Shown here: piece after piece, positions 45,654 to 54,530 of the stretch | How positions within the stretch are numbered: position 1 is the first letter of the stretch | Layout of the letters: each line of letters begins with the position of its first letter | IMG/VR virus record: IMGVR_UViG_3300032038_000048 | Location: 1 to 64,000 of that record | DNA: 64,000 nucleotides | Origin: a virus | Lineage: Duplodnaviria > Caudoviricetes | Reading direction: 5' to 3' (one strand) | Notes under the pieces: generated by a model | The model's database searches: none | Seen by the model: the letters and a program-made list of their open reading frames with translations, nothing else | Told to the model about the DNA's origin: nothing | Position numbers and translations under genes: made by a program

Positions 45654-46153
45654 TACTGTATTCCTTTTTTAAGTTTCTCCAATAGATCTTCGACAGAACT
45701 ATACATATCGCACTCCCTTAGAATGTCGCCGCACTCGGTCTTATACTGATACCCATCTGTTAAGGTAAGTTCCACGCCGCTTACCTTTGAATACTTTATT
45801 GTATTAAAGTACATATAGTAAACCGTATCGTGTATATGGTATTTGTGTTGTTTATTACGCTGTTTTCTTACATACTGCACGAGAGTGTCGGTATAGTTAC
45901 CATCAAGCGACATAGTGTAGGCACACTCACCACGCAACTGTTCTTCGAGCAGGGCAATTTCCTCTGCTTTCTTTTTGCACGTATAGAACAACTCCATGTC
46001 GGTGCTCTCACCATTATCCATCATTTCGACAGGCTCTGTATCTTTGCCACTTAAAACTTCCTTACATCGCTCCATCTGAGTATATGCACGAAGCAGTTCG
46101 CGACGCACATCCTTCTCGCTCAGTGAGAATACAAAATCCCTTATACTACTCAT
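45653..46153 (-). CDS. Hypothetical protein
   Basis: 166-aa ORF coupled to its neighbours. Confidence 0.6.
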   Translation of the reverse strand: MSSIRDFVFSLSEKDVRRELLRAYTQMERCKEVLSGKDTEPVEMMDNGESTDMELFYTCKKKAEEIALLEEQLRGECAYTMSLDGNYTDTLVQYVRKQRNKQHKYHIHDTVYYMYFNTIKYSKVSGVELTLTDGYQYKTECGDILRECDMYSSVEDLLEKLKKGIQ

Positions 46154-46338
46154 GGCATTTTCTCGTTTTTAGGTTCATTTTTCTTTGTTTTTGATTTCTT
46201 TGCTGTGGGTTTCCGCTTCTTTGGCTTCTCTTCCTTTACCTCGGCAATCTCTGCCACCACAACTTCCTTTACTGGTTCTGGTGCAGGTTTATTTTTCTCC
46301 TGCACCACAGGCACATTTCTTCCAATTATAATACCCAT
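46150..46338 (-). CDS. Small Lys-rich hypothetical protein
   Basis: 62 aa, KKRKPTAKKSKTKK; 4-nt overlap with the downstream gene. Confidence 0.55.
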   Translation of the reverse strand: MGIIIGRNVPVVQEKNKPAPEPVKEVVVAEIAEVKEEKPKKRKPTAKKSKTKKNEPKNEKMP

Positions 46339-46353
46339 ATCTTGCTTCTTTTT

Positions 46354-46698
46354 TTATTTGTTCATTATCCTCTGCCAGAGAGAGCGCGAACGCAGCATTT
46401 CTATCTCTTTAAGGGCGGCGCGATGCATATCCTTATACTCGTCTAGTTCACGCTCCTGCATATTACACTTGTGAGTAAGTTCATCGTTGCGCTCTTTTAA
46501 TAAACGCAAGTCATTCTCTGTAGCCCCCGCGCTATTCATTAGTTCGTGGTACTTATCCCTCCACGCATCACAGTCACCAACGAGCATCGACGTACCCTCA
46601 ATCTGACTGCGCAGCTTCTCCTTCAACTTGGCGACCTCACCCTCCAGTGACTTCACCATCGCCCATGTCGGGCGCACTCTCTTCTTTTCTTGTTCCAT
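46354..46698 (-). CDS. Coiled-coil hypothetical protein
   Basis: 114-aa ORF with heptad-like pattern. Confidence 0.6.
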   Translation of the reverse strand: MEQEKKRVRPTWAMVKSLEGEVAKLKEKLRSQIEGTSMLVGDCDAWRDKYHELMNSAGATENDLRLLKERNDELTHKCNMQERELDEYKDMHRAALKEIEMLRSRSLWQRIMNK

Positions 46699-46731
46699 TC
46701 TCTGATTATTTATTAAGGTTCGTACATAATT

Positions 46732-46938
46732 CTATCCCAACAACTCCGCCTGCCTGATTAGGTCGAGTATATCTTCATAGCCCTCGATAACATCTACATT
46801 CCTGCCATTAACCCATACGGTGCGGCACTCTGGCTTATGGTGGTCCTCTGCGTTATCCGATACACACTCGATGCAGTCCACCCTTATCACCATCTTTCTT
46901 TCGTCATAGAGCGACGTTAGTTCTATAAATCCAGTCAT
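46732..46938 (-). CDS. Small hypothetical protein (FlbD-like beta fold possible)
   Basis: FIELTSL..MVIRVDCIECV..VIEGYEDIL pattern. Confidence 0.5.
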   Translation of the reverse strand: MTGFIELTSLYDERKMVIRVDCIECVSDNAEDHHKPECRTVWVNGRNVDVIEGYEDILDLIRQAELLG

Positions 46939-46972
46939 GTCTTCTGTTTGAAATTACTACAACTCTAAATAG

Positions 46973-47278
46973 TTACTTATTCAACAGTCTATGTAAAAAC
47001 GGACGGTGTTTTAAGCGAAAAACCTCATCTTCCAACTCTTTGATTTTATCTTCACGCTCTTTTACGTCACAGTCTCGTGGAAATGCTCTTTTTATGCCGT
47101 TATATACCATCTCAACGAGATTATTGGCATCTATGGAGCCTTGCTGCAACAATGCAGGGTTGTATTTCTCGTCACGAAGCATGACAGAAAAGTTTATCAT
47201 CGCCTGCTCATACACAACTAAATCGCGCTCCTTCTCTGCAAGCAACGCCAACATTATCTTTATTTCTTTCCGCGTCAT
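46973..47278 (-). CDS. Hypothetical protein
   Basis: 101-aa ORF. Confidence 0.55.
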   Translation of the reverse strand: MTRKEIKIMLALLAEKERDLVVYEQAMINFSVMLRDEKYNPALLQQGSIDANNLVEMVYNGIKRAFPRDCDVKEREDKIKELEDEVFRLKHRPFLHRLLNK

Positions 47279-47514
47279 ATCTTTGCTAATTTTGATTTGA
47301 AATTACTACAACTCTTTTCTGAAAGTATCACCTTCCTCCTTGTCTGGTAAGGACAGGTGCCAAGTGTGGGCTTCCCATCCAAGGACAGGAGATTAAACGG
47401 CTCCCGCACCTCAGTACAGAAAGCACACTCACGGCAGGAGTGCGCCGCCTGTTTTCTATCCTCTTTCTTTTTCTTTGCCATAAAGCGCGATAAGAAGGGC
47501 ATCGGCAGTGGCAA
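47275..47514 (-). CDS. Small Cys-rich (zinc-binding?) protein; true start probably ~47482 (MAKKKKED)
   Basis: CRECAFC..GTCPY..SC. Confidence 0.5.
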   Translation of the reverse strand: MPLPMPFLSRFMAKKKKEDRKQAAHSCRECAFCTEVREPFNLLSLDGKPTLGTCPYQTRRKVILSEKSCSNFKSKLAKI

Positions 47515-47938
47515 GCGTTATCTTCTTCGCTCTCCACAGTGCGGGAAAACGCTGCTGTGCCAGTGACTTCAACTTGTTCTTCCACTCTGTTTTCGACGCG
47601 TACTTCTTCGCCGTACCTACAGCAAAGTATTTCATCCACTTCTGCGGTGTCACCTCCACCGTGGGTATGGAAAGGGCAAGCAGAGCCACTTCTATATGTC
47701 CGCAGTGGCGGGCAAAGGTCGCCGTAGCCTTCGACGACTGGCCAGGCATACCTGTACCCACCTTCTCCATATAGCAGACGATGCTATCACAGGGCATCGC
47801 AGCAATATCACGCAGATAATCGTATAAATCCATTATCGTAGGCGGCATCTTCGTGATGCACACCGTATTGCCATCATTGTCTATCACGGCTATGCCACCG
47901 CTAAGACCAGGGTCAATTCCTATTATCAACTTCTTCAT
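47456..47938 (-). CDS. RuvC-like Holliday junction resolvase
   Basis: IIGIDPGLSGGIAVI, YMEKV, VTPQKW, ADALLIA. Confidence 0.85.
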   Translation of the reverse strand: MKKLIIGIDPGLSGGIAVIDNDGNTVCITKMPPTIMDLYDYLRDIAAMPCDSIVCYMEKVGTGMPGQSSKATATFARHCGHIEVALLALSIPTVEVTPQKWMKYFAVGTAKKYASKTEWKNKLKSLAQQRFPALWRAKKITLATADALLIALYGKEKERG

Positions 47939-47944
47939 AACACA

Positions 47945-49366
47945 TTAGATTTTTAATCCAAATGACAATTTCACTTCACTGAACACCTCGTACACATAGC
48001 CAGATGATGTGCGCTTACGAGAGAAACCAAGTCTTACCAGTTCCGAGCCGAATATGCGCTGGGTAATGGGTTCTATCGCCCATTTATGGCAATATGACAC
48101 ATAATCCTGATACAAGACAGTAGACAAAGCCCATTGGGGTTTCTCTTCCTTGTGCCCCACATATCTGTTCGGACGTATGGCAGAACTATTAAGGTAGACC
48201 TGCACGCTCTGACCGTTCTCAAGCATATAGTCAGTCATTTCCTCATCGCTGGCATCCACCACACCGAAGCGGTAGTTATCCCTCACGAGCATCCTATAGC
48301 CCTCCATCATCCAGTTCCTGATACCAGAGAGTTCCGAAAGTAAATCGGCAGCAAGGCCACGGTTCATATCCGAGAGTTTTACTGTAGCCTTAAAGTGAAC
48401 AAACAGTAATCTGCGCAGTAGCGCATGGTCCATAAACCTGTCCTTCGGGCGACGGTTCATGTTGAAGATAAGATATGGTATGGCCGTGGCAGTCTCAGGG
48501 TTCTGTCCTAATCTGCGCACTGTCTGCGGCTCACCACTGCACAAAGACTTGAATACGTCACTATGACGGCTTATATCCTCTGCCTGCACCTCCGAACAGT
48601 AATTGAATATCTTACCCACCATGCCACCGATAAAACGCGCACGCACCTCCGTAGAAGGACTGAGCAGGGTATCTAAGCCCATGTAGGAGATATTGTTCGC
48701 ACCATACACCGAACGGACAACATCGAAAACCACGCTCTTGCCATTCGCACCATTGCCAATTAACCACAGCGTTTCCTCTATCTTATGTGACATGGATCGT
48801 CTATCCACACACCCAAGACCAAGGTACTTCTGCAACGTATGTATTTCTGTCTTACCTAACACGCTCTCAAGAAAAGCACACCACGCGGGACAACCTGCGG
48901 TAACATCATAGTCATACGGCAACAACTCCAATACTGGCATCCTGTCCGTAAACGGATGGTATATCGGATTATCCAAGTCGGAGAAATCCCACACGCCATT
49001 ACGAAAACCTATCACCGACGGAGAAACCAATAGCGGACTCGTCTTCGCCCCATCCTTTAACGAGCGAACCAGAGCATAACTGCACTTCACCAAATCCGAC
49101 TTCGGCACACCACTAGAAGAAAGACTATTCTTCACCGCATACTCCAGAATATAATCTTCAAGCCTGCACCATACCTTGCCATTATGGTAATACACACCCG
49201 CCTCATACCAACGGAATAAACACATACCGGCATGAAACACCACCTCCTGATACCCATACAGACGCTCACCATACGCAGCACACTGATACGCCTGCCTCAC
49301 CTTCCTCCGGTCATACACACCACACAATCCCGAAGCCACAAATCCTATCAACTCATTATCCACCAC
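47945..49366 (-). CDS. SF3 (D5/P4-type) replicative helicase; no primase domain evident
   Basis: IGFRNGVWD (D5_N), Walker A GNGANGKS, CSEV, FKSLCSGEP, LRRLLFVHF. Confidence 0.85.
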   Translation of the reverse strand: MVDNELIGFVASGLCGVYDRRKVRQAYQCAAYGERLYGYQEVVFHAGMCLFRWYEAGVYYHNGKVWCRLEDYILEYAVKNSLSSSGVPKSDLVKCSYALVRSLKDGAKTSPLLVSPSVIGFRNGVWDFSDLDNPIYHPFTDRMPVLELLPYDYDVTAGCPAWCAFLESVLGKTEIHTLQKYLGLGCVDRRSMSHKIEETLWLIGNGANGKSVVFDVVRSVYGANNISYMGLDTLLSPSTEVRARFIGGMVGKIFNYCSEVQAEDISRHSDVFKSLCSGEPQTVRRLGQNPETATAIPYLIFNMNRRPKDRFMDHALLRRLLFVHFKATVKLSDMNRGLAADLLSELSGIRNWMMEGYRMLVRDNYRFGVVDASDEEMTDYMLENGQSVQVYLNSSAIRPNRYVGHKEEKPQWALSTVLYQDYVSYCHKWAIEPITQRIFGSELVRLGFSRKRTSSGYVYEVFSEVKLSFGLKI

Positions 49367-50206
49367 TTCTTTTCTTTCTTTATATATTTCTTTCTTTTCT
49401 TAAATATATAACTATACTTATATATACTAACTATAATTATACTATTAAACTATACTTATACTATTAACTATAATTATATATCTAAGTATAATTATATATT
49501 ATATATATATCGTAAGATATATTTTATATTCATCCCCACAATATAATATTTTTGATTCTGCTAACCCTCATTTTTGGTACATTTCGTTCATTTGGTACAC
49601 TCGTTCTAATTCAAGTGCTTATAAACTAACACTTTACAAAAATATATAAAATTCTGCTTATCGTACACTAAATTAACAAAAATAACACAAAAATATTAAA
49701 TTTTCCCTTTTTTACACCTTAACTGAAACCCTAAATTCACAAAATAACTCAAAAATCATACATTTGGTACACTATACTTCACATAAACTTAACACTCGTA
49801 CCTTAAACCAACTACTCAACTTGTGAAAATTATTAACACTATACCTACATTCTGAAAAATTAAAAATAAAAAAAATAAAATTAAAAATTTTATGTGAAAG
49901 GTTATATTCGCTTGCGTAATCTTCCTTTTGGGGGCTTACCTCCCCTGTTTAAGTGGAAAATATATGTTATATTATACCTATAATATAACATATTGTGTTT
50001 CAGTTCGTTATTTCATTTATCTTTATTTAATTATACCTCTCTATCTCCCTAATAATCACTTATATATCCTTATAATTATACTTGTGTTTTCTCTCTTTTT
50101 TATGTTACTCTCTTTTTTTGGGTGTTGCTGATGCACCACATTATATATGTGTATATCTTTGCAGTACATTTAATCAATTAGTTTAACTCTAATACACATT
50201 ACAATT
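49367..50206. other. AT-rich non-coding region, putative replication origin
   Basis: Very AT-rich, G-depleted on +, short direct repeats, at the switch from minus- to plus-strand genes, next to the helicase. Confidence 0.5.
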
Positions 50207-51040
50207 ATGAAGGACAAAGTAAAGAACGATAGTGCTAGTCAGATGGGCAGTGCTATAGTAATGGATGGTGACACCTCTATTACCGAGTTTAGAAGTAAAG
50301 TTTTAGCGCACTTCGCTGTGCCTGCGTGGGATGGTGAGAGCCAGTTTATAGAGGTAATGAAGAGTCTGAACATGAACGAAGAGCAAATAAATGCTGCTGT
50401 TGCTGCTGCTCGCAGAAAGAGTGGTTTAGTCGCACCTGACTGCTCATTTGCTATCATGGCGCAATACATCAGTGAGCACTACGGAGCCGAATTTAATAAC
50501 CTCGTAGGCACACCAGTAAACGAAGTACCCACACAGCAATTGTGGTCGGTTTCGTTTGATAGGGAGTACATTACCAGAGTGGCGGACGACGCTACACCCT
50601 CACAGATACTTTCGGCACTCCTTTCGTATAGGTATCACCTTGAGTTGGTGAGAAAACTAAAGAGAGATGAGATGAAAAGGTATGGCGCATTCTACCAGTC
50701 AATTACCACTCTTTGCAATAATGCTCGTTTGCTGGGTGTGGAGTTGGAAAACGTACTTAGTCGCGTGAAGTCTGCTTATGCCGATGCACTAACAAAGGAG
50801 CAACACGACACTGATAACCTGCGTGATAACTTCATGAAGTACCGCACGCGCATGGATGCCGCCTTATCTGACCTCTCGCGCACTTATCCAGATGCAGTGT
50901 GCTGGTGGTCTGGTAGACCTCACCTTGTGACAGATAGATTACCGAAGTCAGCAAGTGCGAAGGCGCACAAGACGTTTGCAGTTGTTAGGCGCTGCCAGTC
51001 TGCTATCACTGACCTTAACAGAGCCTTATTTGGCGTATAA
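50207..51040 (+). CDS. Hypothetical protein
   Basis: 277-aa ORF followed by hairpin GGCGGG-TTCTTG-CCCGCC at ~51051-51068. Confidence 0.7.
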   Translation: MKDKVKNDSASQMGSAIVMDGDTSITEFRSKVLAHFAVPAWDGESQFIEVMKSLNMNEEQINAAVAAARRKSGLVAPDCSFAIMAQYISEHYGAEFNNLVGTPVNEVPTQQLWSVSFDREYITRVADDATPSQILSALLSYRYHLELVRKLKRDEMKRYGAFYQSITTLCNNARLLGVELENVLSRVKSAYADALTKEQHDTDNLRDNFMKYRTRMDAALSDLSRTYPDAVCWWSGRPHLVTDRLPKSASAKAHKTFAVVRRCQSAITDLNRALFGV

Positions 51041-52120
51041 TTAGCCTCTGGGCGGGTTCTTGCCCGCCTCATCCCTACACATATTGTCTACCTTGTCGCG
51101 GTTGTGGGGCTTTTCACTAAAGGACAATAACATATATATACGCGTCACTTGTAGCCGCCTTACACACCTATTCAGGTATGATTAGCCGTTGCAAGTGGGT
51201 CCAGAAAAAGGTTACTTCATTCACCTTTATAGACTGCTTTAGGCGTGTCCGGCTGGCTCCTAGTCGGCTCTTGTTTGCTCAAATAATGGCCTTTTGAGTG
51301 GGCACACAGAGAGTAAGTATATTGCGCTGTATGGGGTGTTTATTGACCTCTTTCGCCCTCCTTTATGGTGGGTGTGGGGGTTATATAAACTGCCTTGCTG
51401 GATAATGTGTATAACACGCAAATAGGTGCATTTTGTCACCTCTGCCAGTAGATAGTTATCTGGATAGATGGCTTTTTTATTGGTATCAGAGGACAAAGTA
51501 ACACATCTGTGCAGTGTATCAGGCGGCAATTGCAAGGTTGTTGCTGGTAGTGGTGTAGGATGGTGATTTGTTACATCATCTCTCATGAGTTAGTAATAAC
51601 GAGTGTGCATTATTAACCTTCGACTAGTTTGCTTTTGTCGGTGCTGGTCAATACGCTGCATAGATAGGTTATGGCATGGCAAAATGTAGACCACTTGCGG
51701 CCTTCGTTTTTCCTTTTGTCGTTCTGGCAAAGGTAATAAAGCGAAGGTAAATTTTCATAATTGATTTTTTGAGTGATATAAAATGTTTCTCACTGCGAAG
51801 TGCGAAATGTTTATATTTCTTTTCTCGCTGCGAAGCGCGAAAGAAATATTTTTTCTAAATGTTTCATAGGTTATTTTTCCGAAAGATTTTTCGCAATAGA
51901 ATTTTTAAAGCAATGTGAGCGAAAGATAAATCTTTTTTGGAAAATCAAAAATCCCTCGCGTAATATAGTCGGCAGAGCATTTTTGAAAATAACCTGTGAA
52001 ACATTTTTTCTTTTTATCACGCTTTTAATTTTGGAAATGATTTTTTGAAGATTTGGAAAATTTTCCGTTCGATTCGGAGTTAAGCGGCAATTATTTATTT
52101 ACTCTAAAAAAATCAAAGTT

Positions 52121-52228
52121 ATGAAAGAAAAAATTGCTGAGATCTACCTCCAAAGCTTTGGAGTAGAAGAGATGATCGAATTTGTGTGTTCACTAACAGA
52201 CGAAGAAATATTAAGTCTTAGTTTATGA
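52121..52228 (+). CDS. Small hypothetical protein (35 aa, not in ORF track)
   Basis: AT-rich leader AAAATCAAAGTT-ATG; ATGA overlap with the next gene. Confidence 0.45.
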   Translation: MKEKIAEIYLQSFGVEEMIEFVCSLTDEEILSLSL

Positions 52229-52536
52229 ACACGCAAAATTCAGATCGCTTGGCGCTGGATAAAAAAAGGCGCCAGGCACAAAAGTATTTTACAGAGAATT
52301 TCTCTCGCGAACAAAGATATTTAATTGTCTTCGAGAGAGATTTTAATGAGTACCTAAGCGCAGCCGCTTGGCTGCAAACAGAAGAAGCAAAGAACTATCA
52401 GAGATATTACGATTTTCTTTGTGACTTCTCTTCTCTAAAAAATAAGATGAAGGAGTTTTCATGGAGCAAGAAATTTCTGCTAGAAAACGGAATTGACTTT
52501 GCTGCTATCAGAAAACTCTATTTTGCAATTGCTTGA
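52225..52536 (+). CDS. Hypothetical protein
   Basis: 103-aa ORF. Confidence 0.55.
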   Translation: MNTQNSDRLALDKKRRQAQKYFTENFSREQRYLIVFERDFNEYLSAAAWLQTEEAKNYQRYYDFLCDFSSLKNKMKEFSWSKKFLLENGIDFAAIRKLYFAIA

Positions 52537-52949
52537 GAGGTGGTTGCAAAAACGTGCACAGCGTGACATTTATATTTTCTTTAGAATTTCTCTTGAGGTT
52601 CACACGCACACCAAAAATAAAAGAGCTCTGAAAAGAAAGACAGCAGAGAAAACTGCGGAGTCCATAGGAACCATAAATCAGAAAGGAAAATCTTACACCT
52701 TGACTTTTTAGAAATTGTTTTCATAGAGAAAAACAACAAGGTTTTTTAGAAATTGTTTTCGTAAAAACAACAGACGGAAATCTATAATTCCCGCTGGTGA
52801 CTGGTCAGGAGCGTAAAAGATGCCAGAGTGCAAGCAACGGCCAACTGAGTAACATCGAGTAAACGAAGGGAAAAAATCATGAAAGGAGAAACGGAGTGCG
52901 GTGCTGAATTAAGTGTCGCACTTCACTTGCTTATTCACTTCAAAAATTT

Positions 52950-53180
52950 ATGATTATGAAAAAGAATTTTATTATCGGTGTGCTTTTTGTTTTGTTTACG
53001 ATCGCTTCTGTTCTGTGTATGTGTTACATTCGTCACACAAACAGTTTGCAATATCAGAAAAAAGTTTTGTGTAAAAACATTTCTGGCTTGCAGAATGAAA
53101 ACGATTCACTGCGTGCAATTATGAGAAACGCGCAGTGTCCGCACAAGTTAGAACTTGCAAAACTAAGTACGAAAAACTAA
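52950..53180 (+). CDS. Small membrane-anchored hypothetical protein
   Basis: N-terminal TM helix plus coiled coil. Confidence 0.55.
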   Translation: MIMKKNFIIGVLFVLFTIASVLCMCYIRHTNSLQYQKKVLCKNISGLQNENDSLRAIMRNAQCPHKLELAKLSTKN

Positions 53181-53257
53181 GCACGAGAGAACAACTCCCG
53201 AAGTACGAAAATTATTTCGGGAGTACGAAAATTATTCACTCATAAAAAGATATAATT

Positions 53258-53530
53258 ATGAATATCATTTATCATTACGCATTAAACTCTAGAGATGTTT
53301 ATTGCAAGGTTGAAGTGTTAATAAATCAGGTTGCAAAACGAATCAGAAAAAATCTGCCAGTTCTTGAAGATTATTTGGCAAAATGCAGCAGCATGACAAA
53401 AATCACGCACGATTGCATAAAGCTTCGCGAGCAATTAGATTTTGAGAGTACGAAAAAGTTTGAGCGCGATGAAGCCAGACAGATGCTTGCAAGGTATATC
53501 ATTGATGGCGCAAGGTTTCTTGCTTCGTGA
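53258..53530 (+). CDS. Hypothetical protein
   Basis: 90 aa after a hairpin element. Confidence 0.6.
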   Translation: MNIIYHYALNSRDVYCKVEVLINQVAKRIRKNLPVLEDYLAKCSSMTKITHDCIKLREQLDFESTKKFERDEARQMLARYIIDGARFLAS

Positions 53531-53600
53531 TTTTCTTTCTCTGCAAAAAATATCATCTGTTAAGTCAGGTGATATTTACTTTCACCAAACATTTACAGTT

Positions 53601-53813
53601 ATGAAAAATATTTTATTCTATCTATTTGCTTGTTTTCTTTGCGCTCCTTGTCTTATTTTAGTCTTGTCGGGTGATTTATCATCTGGCCTGCTCGGAACGG
53701 CATACGGGGCAATTCTGCGGTTTTTCTTGCCGAAAAGATTTTGGCAAAGATTTATCCGCTTGTCGGTACGATACACAGACAAGATTTTCGGAACAGAGAA
53801 AGCAGCGGGTTAA
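53601..53813 (+). CDS. Small membrane protein
   Basis: MKNILFYLFACFLCAPCLILVL.. two hydrophobic stretches; start moved to 53601. Confidence 0.5.
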   Translation: MKNILFYLFACFLCAPCLILVLSGDLSSGLLGTAYGAILRFFLPKRFWQRFIRLSVRYTDKIFGTEKAAG

Positions 53814-53860
53814 TTCTCGCTGCTTTTACTTTTTATCATTAACTCAAAAAACTTTTTATT

Positions 53861-54196
53861 ATGGAAATCAAGACAATAAAAAATCGTGGCTGCGAAGTGA
53901 CTGCAATCTTCACAGGTGGAAAATATTTTTTCCATAACTCTTATTACGGGGTCGTTTGTATTGCTGAACGCACCAGCGAAATAGGTGAAATATCCAACGT
54001 CAAATTCAATTTGTATGTGGGAAATAACAACTGTGTAGGCTCTTCGTATTTCGACAACGGCAGCATTATCAAGTGCGCAAAAAGACACATCAGTAAAGAA
54101 GAAAACAAGTATGTAAAATGCGATGTTAAATTCAACGTCTGCAAAAAGGATTTAAGTAAAGGTTATATCGCGGTAAACTTCCATGAGTATGCTTAA
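53861..54196 (+). CDS. Hypothetical protein
   Basis: 111-aa ORF with AT-rich leader. Confidence 0.6.
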   Translation: MEIKTIKNRGCEVTAIFTGGKYFFHNSYYGVVCIAERTSEIGEISNVKFNLYVGNNNCVGSSYFDNGSIIKCAKRHISKEENKYVKCDVKFNVCKKDLSKGYIAVNFHEYA

Positions 54197-54258
54197 TTGC
54201 GAAATTCCGCAGGGTAGAAATATTCTGCGGAGTACGATAACCAAAAAAATATACAATT

Positions 54259-54465
54259 ATGAAAACAAAAATCTCAATTTCAGATTTTACTTTTTTATCT
54301 TCTGGGTACGGAGCGTATGCGGTTATGTATCGCAGTCCTGTGACGCTCAAATCTTGGATGGCCCGAATAACGGATATGCAGTTGATTGACGACACAAAAA
54401 ACTGCGAAGAACCAAAGAAAAAAGACTTAGAAACACTTCGCAGAATTGTAAAGCGTGGTGGGTAA
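54259..54465 (+). CDS. Hypothetical protein
   Basis: 68 aa after a hairpin element. Confidence 0.6.
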   Translation: MKTKISISDFTFLSSGYGAYAVMYRSPVTLKSWMARITDMQLIDDTKNCEEPKKKDLETLRRIVKRGG

Positions 54466-54530
54466 TTTTAGTTCTCCGCTAACGAAAGTTGGTGGAGGAT
54501 GCGAATTATTTAACTCAAAATCAAATCATT

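Noticed and set aside
49928-50131. 67-aa hydrophobic ORF in the AT-rich tract
   Set aside because: Starts at TTG in low-complexity AT-rich DNA, and its composition (I/L/F/Y) is what such DNA gives by chance.
51260-52048. ORFs 51260-51586 (-) and 51800-52048 (+)
   Set aside because: No recognisable leader or motif; the region looks regulatory.
52790-52900. Possible hammerhead-type ribozyme near CTGAGTA..GAAA
   Set aside because: The core does not match CUGANGA and I could not build the three required stems.
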